The translations under genes and the position numbers were made by a program. Shown here one piece after another: positions 8,843 through 16,197 of a stretch of DNA of 32,000 nucleotides; within the stretch, counting starts at the first letter, position 1; each line of letters opens with the position of its first letter. The notes beneath the pieces are model-generated. The model worked only from the letters and a program-made list of their open reading frames with translations. It ran no database searches and had not been told where the DNA came from. This stretch comes from Candidatus Electronema halotolerans (lineage in GTDB: Bacteria; Desulfobacterota; Desulfobulbia; Desulfobulbales; Desulfobulbaceae), in the NCBI GenBank assembly GCA_942493095.1, contig OW818675.1, positions 2,070,001 to 2,102,000 on the forward strand, read 5' to 3'.

Positions 8843-10810
8843 TCAAGCGTATTGCTCTTTCAAGCGGGCCAGCAACTTGCCGACATGAATGTCCGGCGGG
8901 TTGAGCGGCCCCCAGTCCACCGTGGTGTGGGCACTGTGATCCGGGTCAATGACATTGCGCAGTCGCTGCTCTTGGTCATACCAACGCCGCTTGTCTGAGC
9001 CGTCCGGGCAGGAGGCAGCCCCTGTGTCGCCCCAGCGCAGCTCAGGGCAATGGTAAGGATCAAAGGAGAGCTTGAAGAGCCTGTCCATGAGGTCGCCTAA
9101 ATTCAGCGTCACCTTTGCGCCAGCGGAATTACTGTAGCGGATTTGCATGCTGGCAGTGCTTGTCTGCCAGATAGCATCGTATTCCCGCACCAAGGTGCTG
9201 ACACTGCCGCTGAACTCGTAAGGATGATTGCCACCAGCAACTGCTGTGACGCTCTGCGTGATCAGGTTGCACAGCCCGCGAATCTGGGCCTTGAGACGCG
9301 CATCCCGGCCCGGCGTGGAATAAGACTCCCACTCGCCGTCTGCGCCGTAAATATTGTAGGGCAGGCTGGACGGATGCGCTTTCCTGTCAATGCCTTGAGC
9401 AATTGCCGCTTCCACTGAGGCCACCCGCTCCTGCAAGGCTTCGTCCAAGGCGGCCAGCTGCTGCCGCAGCTCGTGAACCGGATCAATCCTGCCGCTGCCT
9501 GTGGCCAGCATCCGCTTGACCCATTGATGATAGTTGAGATCAAGGCCGTCAACATGATAGCTGGACTGGCACTGACTCTGGCTGCTGTCAAAAAAGCGTG
9601 AATTGCGGTTCGAGGTCAGAGTGAAGCTGCCGCTGCTGCTCACTTCCTGATGCCGCCACTTGCGGAAGCCGCCGCCCTGCTTGCAATAGCCCCGCGACAG
9701 ATATTCGCCAAAGCGTTTGCTGGTCAGGCTGTTGTCCGGGTGGGCATCAACAAAGCGGACTGCACCGTCAGCCTCCACTTTTGAAACCACCAAGAGATGA
9801 CCGTTGGCATCATAGTAAATAGTGCCGGGAACGATGCTTTCACGATTCACCTGACAGAGGTAGGTGTCGGTCTTCTCCGTGGTCCAGAAGAAACGGAAAA
9901 ATCCGCTGTGGATGCTGTTGGAAATTGCTCTGGCCAAGGAGGCGAAACTGGAATACTGGAGAAAGGAGCTGCGCTTGCCCGGCTTGTTGTTATTGGTATA
10001 GCGCCCGCCGGAAATCGTCACGTTGAAGGAAAATGGCAGCCGTTTTTTATAGCTGAAATAGGCCCGCAGGAGATATGGCAGGTCGGCGCAGTCGCAATAG
10101 ATGGAATTGTTGCGATCTTCGTCCGAATAGAGACTGTTGCCCGCAGGATTGCGCAGACAGGCGGCTAACGAGCCTTTCCGGTCAGCAAAAAGCTGCTCCA
10201 CCCAGCGGGAATATTCCGCTTCATAACTGTCGCTCCACTGATGCCGGGCCGTCCAAGCCGCGCCTGCGCCGCCAACGCTGATTTCCCCGCCGGGATTGCC
10301 CGGAGGCTCAACAGGAGGAGGATTGCCGCCAGGATTGACTGCTGCCGCAGTGAGTTCCCGCCATGTTCTGCCGCCCACGTCAATTCTGCCGTCCGGGCGG
10401 GAGAGAAAGCCCTGCTGAAAATCCTGAATCGCGGCAATCAGTTCGGCGGAAACCTGATCACTGACCGGCAGCGGGCTGCTAATTTTGTTGAACAAGGCAT
10501 AAACAATGCGGACATCCTGCGGACGATTTTGCCCGCCTTCGCCGACAGAGCCAGTGATTTCACTGCCGGAACCTTCTACAGCGGCGGTGAGTTCCCGCCA
10601 CGTTCTGCCGCCCACATCAATTCTGCCGTCCGGGCGGGAGAGAAAGCCCTGCTGAAAATCCCGAATCGCGGCAATCAGTTCGGCGGAAACTTGATCACTG
10701 ACGGCCAGCGGACTGCTGCGAGTCTTGTTGAAGAGCGCATAGACTGTGCGCACATCCTCGGCCCGGTTCTGGCCGCCCTCACCCACTGAACCACTGATGG
10801 AAACTGGCAT
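8843..10810 (-). CDS. leaderless protein: two PG-binding-like modules, a Pro/Gly linker and a ~470-aa uncharacterised region with a possible papain-like Cys/His site
   Basis: AGGAGG SD. Residues 6-76 and 86-155 are near-identical repeats (SVGEGGQNR..DVR.VYALFNK...DFQQGFLSRPDGRIDVGGRTWRELTAA) that resemble PG_binding_1. The linker is NPGGNPPPVEPPGNPGG. Candidate catalytic Cys is in IYCDCADLPYLLRAYF and candidate His in PGTIYYDANGHLLVVSKVEADGAVRFVDAHPD. Confidence 0.7.
   Translation of the reverse strand: MPVSISGSVGEGGQNRAEDVRTVYALFNKTRSSPLAVSDQVSAELIAAIRDFQQGFLSRPDGRIDVGGRTWRELTAAVEGSGSEITGSVGEGGQNRPQDVRIVYALFNKISSPLPVSDQVSAELIAAIQDFQQGFLSRPDGRIDVGGRTWRELTAAAVNPGGNPPPVEPPGNPGGEISVGGAGAAWTARHQWSDSYEAEYSRWVEQLFADRKGSLAACLRNPAGNSLYSDEDRNNSIYCDCADLPYLLRAYFSYKKRLPFSFNVTISGGRYTNNNKPGKRSSFLQYSSFASLARAISNSIHSGFFRFFWTTEKTDTYLCQVNRESIVPGTIYYDANGHLLVVSKVEADGAVRFVDAHPDNSLTSKRFGEYLSRGYCKQGGGFRKWRHQEVSSSGSFTLTSNRNSRFFDSSQSQCQSSYHVDGLDLNYHQWVKRMLATGSGRIDPVHELRQQLAALDEALQERVASVEAAIAQGIDRKAHPSSLPYNIYGADGEWESYSTPGRDARLKAQIRGLCNLITQSVTAVAGGNHPYEFSGSVSTLVREYDAIWQTSTASMQIRYSNSAGAKVTLNLGDLMDRLFKLSFDPYHCPELRWGDTGAASCPDGSDKRRWYDQEQRLRNVIDPDHSAHTTVDWGPLNPPDIHVGKLLARLKEQYA
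10346..10795 (-). repeat. tandem 237-bp (79-codon) duplication encoding the two PG-binding-like modules of the 655-aa protein
   Basis: Hand alignment of 10351-10465 against 10588-10702 gives 111 of 115 identical bases. The N-terminal halves of the modules are more diverged. Confidence 0.85.
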
Positions 10811-10834
10811 GTTCTCCTCCTGTTGATCTGCTTT

Positions 10835-11245
10835 TTATTCGCCAATTCGGCCAAGCTGAAACTGCTGGAGCTGTTCCGTCAACCTGCCCTGTTCATCCCG
10901 GTATTCGACAATCAGCCCAACCAGCTCCTCTGCCCCTGTTTCTGGAACAAGCTCGCGGCAGTCTGAGGAATAATATTCCTGCCCGGCAATGGGCGAATAA
11001 TCCGCCTCGCCGAGCAGCACCTCCACTTCAGCGCGGGCCATGCCTTTGCGCAGATGCTTGACCAGCATGGCAAGACTGGCATAATCTTTTTTGGCCTTGT
11101 AGCTGCTGCTTGCCTCCTGCGGCTCTTGCGCATGACAGGCGCAGGCCGCCAGCAGGAGCATGGCCAGATAAAGCAGGCGCAGCAGCCAGCGGCTATGGTC
11201 TGGCAAAGCTGAATCCCCACTGTTTGAGCTGGTTGATGAAATCAT
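10835..11245 (-). CDS. small lipoprotein with a BamE/SmpA_OmlA-like segment
   Basis: Lipobox LLLAAC preceded by HSRWLLRLLYLAM. The mature part contains LRKGMARAEVEVLLGEADYSP (BamE-like). The start is ambiguous. ATG 11245 overlaps the upstream gene by 53 nt. TTG 11206, preceded by GTGGGGA, would give a classical 22-aa lipoprotein signal. Confidence 0.65.
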   Translation of the reverse strand: MISSTSSNSGDSALPDHSRWLLRLLYLAMLLLAACACHAQEPQEASSSYKAKKDYASLAMLVKHLRKGMARAEVEVLLGEADYSPIAGQEYYSSDCRELVPETGAEELVGLIVEYRDEQGRLTEQLQQFQLGRIGE

Positions 11246-12257
11246 CAAGATCGTCGGCAGTGTCTGGCAGGACGTGTATCAGGACCATGAATTCGCGCTG
11301 ATGCTGTTTCCTCGCAAACTCGCGTTCAACCATGTTCCGTTTGCTGGGGCCGATGCCTTTGGGCGATTTCCAGTCCTCGGTGTCTATGTCCCAATTTTCG
11401 ATGCTCAGGGACAGTTCCGCTGCGACTGCTGCTAATTCAGGATCATAAGGCCGCCAGCCGCCTGCGCCATAAGGCGGACGAATCTTTGTTGGTGTCACTC
11501 CGGCAGCCTTTCTGATGCTTTCCTGCGTTTTCTCCAGCTCCTTCCGCACCGCCGCTTTGGACAAATTGGCCAAATTCGGATGGGTGTAAGAATGATTCTG
11601 CACCTTGTGCCCCTGCTCGGCAATCTCTTTCACCGCTGCCGGATTGCTGTCAACTTCCTGGCCAAGAACGTAAAATTCCGCCTTGATGCCGTGACGGGCC
11701 AAGGTGCTGAGAATGGAGCGCAGGGCATTGGTTGGCGCGGGGCCGTCATCAAAGGAGAGCGTGACAGCCTTGCCGCTTCCTCCTGCCGGAGTTGTCAGCC
11801 GCCGCCATGTGCCGCCGCCCACATCAATTCTGCCGTCAGGATGGGACATGAAGGTTTTCTGCAAATCCCTGATCGCCTGCAGCAGCTCGTCTGAGACCTG
11901 ATCGCTGAATGCCAGCGGTCGTGACAGAATTTTATTGAACAGGGCATAGATCAGCCGCACATCCTGCGGGCGGTTCTGGCCGCCCTGCCCTACTGAGCCG
12001 CTGAGTTCCTCAGTTTCCGGTCGTTCCGCCGCCGCAGTGAGTTCCCGCCACGTCCTGCCGTTGACATCAATCCTGCCGTCAGGATGCGAGAGAAAGCCTT
12101 TCTGGAAATCCAGAATCGCCTGAAGCAGCGCATCAGTGACTTGGCTGCTGACTGGCAGAGCTGTGGATAAAATTTTGTTGAACAGTTCATAAACTGTCCG
12201 CACATCTTCGGCATTGTTGATGCCGCCCTGCCCGACTGAGCCGGTAAGAGATGCCAT
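11193..12257 (-). CDS. leaderless protein: two PG-binding-like modules fused to a CE4/NodB polysaccharide (peptidoglycan) deacetylase domain
   Basis: AAGGAGG SD. Modules occupy residues 4-75 and 86-155. All five CE4 motifs are visible: SFDDGP, HSYTHP, IRPPYG, IDTEDW, VLIHVLPD. No signal peptide or TM segment is visible. Confidence 0.85.
   Translation of the reverse strand: MASLTGSVGQGGINNAEDVRTVYELFNKILSTALPVSSQVTDALLQAILDFQKGFLSHPDGRIDVNGRTWRELTAAAERPETEELSGSVGQGGQNRPQDVRLIYALFNKILSRPLAFSDQVSDELLQAIRDLQKTFMSHPDGRIDVGGGTWRRLTTPAGGSGKAVTLSFDDGPAPTNALRSILSTLARHGIKAEFYVLGQEVDSNPAAVKEIAEQGHKVQNHSYTHPNLANLSKAAVRKELEKTQESIRKAAGVTPTKIRPPYGAGGWRPYDPELAAVAAELSLSIENWDIDTEDWKSPKGIGPSKRNMVEREFARKQHQREFMVLIHVLPDTADDLDDFINQLKQWGFSFARP
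11793..12248 (-). repeat. two diverged copies of the same PG-binding-like module, in the deacetylase gene
   Basis: Protein-level matches to the 655-aa protein modules: GSVGQGG.N..DVR.(V/I)Y.LFNKIL, DFQKGFLSHPDGRIDVNGRTWRELTAA and DLQKTFMSHPDGRIDVGGGTWRRLT. DNA identity is clearly lower than within the 655-aa gene. Confidence 0.8.
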
Positions 12258-12305
12258 TGTCTTCCTCCTTTCCAGATGACAGCTTGCAAATATAGCAAGA
12301 TGGTA

Positions 12306-13352
12306 TCACATCAAGCCTGAATTGCAAGCAAATTTTTCATGGGCAGCGTGTTGTTCCGCCTCGTTCTGCCACAGCCAGCGCACCAGCCGGTTCAATCCCT
12401 CTTCCGTTGAGACCTGTTCTTGGTAGCCAAGCAGGGTTTCCGCCTGCTTGCGGCTGAACCAGTGCGACATGGCGAGCTGTTCAGCAAGGAAACGGGTCAT
12501 TTTCGGCTCACGCTCGATCTTCAAAGCAGCGTATATTTTTTCCAGCAGCCAGCCGACTGCCTTAGCCTTGCCGAGGCTGATTTGCTTGCTCACGGGCGGC
12601 ACGTCCATGCGGGCGAAAAGGTCGTTGATCCACGGCCAGAGCCGCACCGGCTCCTGCTGACCGATGAAAAAGGCTTTGCCTGCGGCAGTGCCGCTGTTGC
12701 GCAGGTTTTTTTCCGCCAGCAGATGGGCATGAACCACGTTGTCAATATAACTAATATCGACTTGGTTGCTGCCCTTGCCGACAATGCGCAGGCTGCCCTC
12801 CCGGCTTCGTGCCAGCAGACGAGGAATCAAGTTGCTGTCGCCCGGCCCCCAGACCAGATGCGGGCGGATGGCCGCTGTGCGCAGGTGGTCATTGCTGGCT
12901 TGCAGCACTTCCTGCTCGGCAATGATTTTGGTGGCGGCGTAATGGCAGAGCGGCTTGGAGGAATAGGGCAAAGACTCGTCCGCGCCTTCGAGATCATGGC
13001 CGTCAAAGACTACGGAAGGCGTGGAGGTATAGACCAAGACCGGCACCTGCTGCGCAGCACAGGCAGAGAGAACGTTGCGGGTGCCAAGGACATTGATGCC
13101 GTGATATTCAGCCAGCCCACCCCAGATTCCGGCTTTGGCCGCGACATGAAAGACAGTTTCGCAGCCTGCCGCCGCCCTGCTGACTGCCGCCTCGTCGCGG
13201 ATGTCGCCTTGCACGCAGACTGCGCCGACCTCTTCAGCAGCAGGATAGCGGTTTCTGCCGAAAACGCGGACTTCCCGGCCTTGGCGGCGCAGTTCACGCA
13301 CTAAGGCCAGGCCGATGAAGCCGCCGCCGCCCGTGACTAAAATTTTGTTCAT
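12306..13352 (-). CDS. NAD-dependent epimerase/dehydratase (3-beta-hydroxysteroid dehydrogenase/isomerase family, extended SDR)
   Basis: N-terminal Rossmann motif MNKILVTGGGGFIGLALVREL. The YxxxK motif is present in LCHYAATKIIAE. I prefer ATG 13352; the ORF-track start at 13409 is a TTG that adds 19 residues before the Rossmann motif. Confidence 0.8.
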   Translation of the reverse strand: MNKILVTGGGGFIGLALVRELRRQGREVRVFGRNRYPAAEEVGAVCVQGDIRDEAAVSRAAAGCETVFHVAAKAGIWGGLAEYHGINVLGTRNVLSACAAQQVPVLVYTSTPSVVFDGHDLEGADESLPYSSKPLCHYAATKIIAEQEVLQASNDHLRTAAIRPHLVWGPGDSNLIPRLLARSREGSLRIVGKGSNQVDISYIDNVVHAHLLAEKNLRNSGTAAGKAFFIGQQEPVRLWPWINDLFARMDVPPVSKQISLGKAKAVGWLLEKIYAALKIEREPKMTRFLAEQLAMSHWFSRKQAETLLGYQEQVSTEEGLNRLVRWLWQNEAEQHAAHEKFACNSGLM

Positions 13353-13469
13353 CTCAGAGCGGGCTTGTTCTGTGTTGATGGCAAGGGCGAGCGGGACATT
13401 TCGCGCCAAGGTTGCGGCAAGACAGAGGCCTGCACTTGGAACTTGAATTCACCTTGACTGTATTGATCG

Positions 13470-14483
13470 TCATTTTAAATGATAACGATCACATATGGCT
13501 GCTTCATTTGAATTACATGCTTTTTTGTATGTTTTACAAAATATACTATAGTCAGTCAAAAAATTATTTCTATTTACAGCATGATAACGACAAAGATAGC
13601 AGTTTCTAATAGGAACGAGTTTCTGCTGGGCGATATGTACTTGCTCAATAAACAAAGAACCTCGTACTAAACCATTAATCTCTAAGTAATCATCATGATG
13701 GTGATCTCTGATTAGATTAACGTAGACAATTTTTTTGTCATTTTTTTGAATATAAGTATGAATACTACTCAATGTTCCATGATCAAGGTATGCCTTTCCT
13801 GAAACATAAACGTAAAACGCAAAATACATCTTTTTTGCACATCGACACTGGCTATCCGGCACCGCTTTTACCTGCGGAGAAAATCCTATGAACTTAGAAT
13901 GTTTACTGCTTATTTTTGCGGATTTTATCTCTTCCACATCCTCATCTTTTTCTATGGAAATTTCTATTATCCTTTTTCCTGAATGGATTTTTTTCTCAGA
14001 AAGAAAATGAGATACGGCTACTTCAATGTATATAACATCACCGGGTCTCGTTACACTATGTAACGAAATATCTGGAATAAATTGACCGTCTCGACTCTCA
14101 ATATTTATTTCTGTATAATATTTAGTTAAGTCGTATCTTTGGGTATATTCCCCAATGTTGCATGTTCGGCAAGTTATCTTTTTATATTTATCACAAATTT
14201 TCGGCTCATTTAATTCTATTAAAAAAGGATTTCCATTTTTTAGGCATTCTTCATAAGTTTCCTTAAAAACCTGCTTGGCAAGACGATGCAGATAGGTTTC
14301 ACCATTACATTCAACCTGCGCTTTATGACTGAAATGAGGCTGTCGTATCTCACCATTCACACGAGCAATAAGCAACTGTCCGCATGATAAACAGGTATAT
14401 TTGTCAGCAATCTTTTCCCCAGCTAAAGATTCTGCTGTCACTACTTCACCTGAAGAATTCAGGGCATACCTATAACGAATCAT
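13470..14483 (-). CDS. CoiA-like protein: N-terminal zinc ribbon, PD-(D/E)xK-type nuclease core and a Cys-rich C-terminal extension
   Basis: YALNSSGEVV...YTCLSCGQLLIARVNGEIRQPHFSHKAQVEC..ETYLHRLAKQ follows the CoiA N-terminal pattern (CxxC ... HFxH ... H..K). FIPDISL...VIYIEVAVSH is a candidate D...E-x-x nuclease motif. The C-terminus holds CYLCRYH...CKTYKKACNSNEAAICDRY. The gene is strikingly AT-rich; for example 13501-13560 has 15 G+C in 60 nt. Confidence 0.45.
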   Translation of the reverse strand: MIRYRYALNSSGEVVTAESLAGEKIADKYTCLSCGQLLIARVNGEIRQPHFSHKAQVECNGETYLHRLAKQVFKETYEECLKNGNPFLIELNEPKICDKYKKITCRTCNIGEYTQRYDLTKYYTEINIESRDGQFIPDISLHSVTRPGDVIYIEVAVSHFLSEKKIHSGKRIIEISIEKDEDVEEIKSAKISSKHSKFIGFSPQVKAVPDSQCRCAKKMYFAFYVYVSGKAYLDHGTLSSIHTYIQKNDKKIVYVNLIRDHHHDDYLEINGLVRGSLFIEQVHIAQQKLVPIRNCYLCRYHAVNRNNFLTDYSIFCKTYKKACNSNEAAICDRYHLK

Positions 14484-14603
14484 ATTAACTGAGTCATGTA
14501 AAGTACGGCATCCCGCACCAGAAAAAGATGGAATGCACCCTGCCGGTCAGGCCGCTTTAGGATAGCATATCAAAACAAAGAACATCCCGCACTCATTTTT
14601 TGC

Positions 14604-14873
14604 TTACGCCATCCTCTGCGAATCCACATACCGCTGAAGAATATCGTTCAGCTTGTCCTGCCAGCCTTTGCCGCAGCTTCTGAAGAACGAAACAACTTCA
14701 TGATTAAGACTGAGCGTGACGCGCTCCCGGCTCGGCATCTCTTGCCCTGCCGGACGCATCCTGCTGATTTCCTCTTCCTCCAAGGGAGGATTGTCTGGAT
14801 CAGACAAGGCGGCATTGGTCAGCTCCTCATCAGTCATGGCATCAACTTTATCCCAATCTGTTGCTGAACGCAT
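14604..14873 (-). CDS. BrnA-like (CopG/RHH-type) antitoxin with no adjacent toxin gene
   Basis: MRSATDWDKVDAMTDEELTNAALSDPDNPP...RVTLSLNHEVVSFFRSCGKGWQDKLNDILQRYV matches the BrnA pattern (TDW..vDamtDee ... v.l.ld.dv..wf...G.gyq..iN..Lr.yv). An alternative GTG start is at 14903. Confidence 0.7.
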   Translation of the reverse strand: MRSATDWDKVDAMTDEELTNAALSDPDNPPLEEEEISRMRPAGQEMPSRERVTLSLNHEVVSFFRSCGKGWQDKLNDILQRYVDSQRMA

Positions 14874-14906
14874 TTTCTTCAATTCATCCGCAGTGCAGGT
14901 CACAGT

Positions 14907-14920
14907 GTGTAATTTTACAC
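14907..14920. promoter_or_regulatory. palindromic candidate operator with an embedded -10 upstream of the BrnA-like gene
   Basis: GTGTAA-TT-TTACAC forms perfect 6-bp arms. On the minus strand it reads GTGTAAAATTACAC and contains TAAAAT, 34-47 nt upstream of ATG 14873. Confidence 0.35.
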
Positions 14921-14989
14921 GTTTCTGCCGTCTTTCTCACGTCCAATATTGGAACTCTGGAACAGCAGAGCGGAAGAACTGCATCAACC

Positions 14990-15017
14990 GCACGGGCAGA
15001 CCCTTGCCTGCCCGTGC
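14990..15017 (-). terminator. hairpin downstream of serC
   Basis: 10-bp perfect stem GCACGGGCAG / CTGCCCGTGC with an 8-nt loop. No clear U-run follows on the minus strand. Confidence 0.3.
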
Positions 15018-15024
15018 CGCATCC

Positions 15025-16107
15025 TCAGCCGTTCTGCTTGGCGAAATCCGCCATGAACGCAACTAACTTCTCCACACCCTCCAGCGGGAAGGCATTGTAG
15101 ATCGAAGCCCGGCAGCCGCCCACAGAACGATGGCCCTTCAGGCCGTCCAAGCCGACCGCAGCTGCCTCTTTGACAAACTTGGCCTCCAGCTCGGCAGTCG
15201 GCAGATTGAAAGCAATATTCATCAGCGAGCGGCAGTCCTTCTCCGCATGACCCCGGTAAAAATCGGTCGCGTCAATCGCCTGATAAACCAAGGCCGCCTT
15301 TTCCTCATTGCGCCGCTCCATTGCCGCCAAACCACCTTGTTCTTTCAGCCAGCGCATGACCAAGCCAACACAGTAAATCGGAAAAGTCGGCGGCGTGTTG
15401 AACATGGAACCCTTGTCCGCATGGGTTTTGTAGCGCAGCATTGACGGCACATTGGCCGGGCAGCGGTCCAGCAGGTCCTCGCGGATGATGACAATGGTCA
15501 CGCCTGCTGGCCCCATGTTCTTCTGCGCTCCGGCGTAAATGATGCCGAACTTGGAGACATCCACAGGCCGCGACATGATATCTGAGGACATGTCGCTGAC
15601 CAGCATGCAGCTCTTGTCTGGGAACTTGGGAAAGCGGGTGCCGTAAATGGTGTTGTTCGAGCAGAAGTGCAAATACTCGGAATCAGCAGCGACCTCGTAC
15701 TCATCCTCTGTCGGCACATGCTTAAACAGATTCGGCTCATCTGTGTAAGCCACCTCAATCTGGCCGAAGAGCTTGGCCTCTTTGATCGCCTTCTTTGCCC
15801 AGACACCGGTGTTCAGATAGGTTGCTTTCTTGCCCGGCCCCAGCAGGTTCATCGGCGCCATGAAAAATTGGGATGAAGCCCCGCCTTGGAGAAAGAGCAC
15901 CTTGTAGTTGTCCGGCACGGCCAGCAGCTCGCGGATCAGGGCCTCGGCCTCATCGGTCACAGCCATGAAGTCCTTGGACCGATGGCTCGTCTCGATCAGG
16001 CCCATGCCCTTGTCCTTGAAATTGACAATGTCACGGGCCGCCTGCTCCAGCACGGGATAGGGCAGCACGGCTGGGCCGGGGCTGAAGTTGAAGATTCTTT
16101 CTGGCAT
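15025..16107 (-). CDS. serC: phosphoserine aminotransferase
   Basis: 360 aa. IFNFSPGPAVLP...ETSHRSKDF at the N-terminus, plus YAGAQKNMGPAGVT (PLP-lysine region). GAGGAGAA SD. Confidence 0.93.
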   Translation of the reverse strand: MPERIFNFSPGPAVLPYPVLEQAARDIVNFKDKGMGLIETSHRSKDFMAVTDEAEALIRELLAVPDNYKVLFLQGGASSQFFMAPMNLLGPGKKATYLNTGVWAKKAIKEAKLFGQIEVAYTDEPNLFKHVPTEDEYEVAADSEYLHFCSNNTIYGTRFPKFPDKSCMLVSDMSSDIMSRPVDVSKFGIIYAGAQKNMGPAGVTIVIIREDLLDRCPANVPSMLRYKTHADKGSMFNTPPTFPIYCVGLVMRWLKEQGGLAAMERRNEEKAALVYQAIDATDFYRGHAEKDCRSLMNIAFNLPTAELEAKFVKEAAAVGLDGLKGHRSVGGCRASIYNAFPLEGVEKLVAFMADFAKQNG

Positions 16108-16197
16108 GTTGATATGATTCTCCTCTGAGAAAGAAAGGATTTGATGCGGACAGAGGCGAAAGAATTTCGATTCTGCCGCAATATCTTTGCAAATGAA

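Noticed and set aside
12258-12305. Sigma54 or sigma70 promoter upstream of the deacetylase gene
   Set aside because: An apparent TGG...TGC match came from my own strand-reading error. The real sequence has no correctly spaced -24/-12 or -35/-10 elements, only a 5-bp CTTGC/GCAAG hairpin. The operon may be read through from the epimerase gene or from an internal promoter.
13461-13490. Imperfect inverted repeat GATCGTCATTT / AAATGATAACGATC at the 3' end of the AT-rich gene, as a terminator or island border
   Set aside because: The arms are interrupted by a 3-nt insertion and overlap the stop codon, and no U-run follows. This is too weak to call.
14509-14592. 10-bp direct repeat CATCCCGCAC (14509-14518 and 14583-14592) as att-like island ends
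   Set aside because: Both copies are on the same side of the AT-rich island. I found no matching copy at the other boundary (near 13410-13470), and no integrase is present.
14904-15024. Search for a brnT toxin ORF upstream of the BrnA-like gene
   Set aside because: The 120-bp gap has no ORF of useful length on the minus strand. It contains only a palindrome and the serC hairpin.
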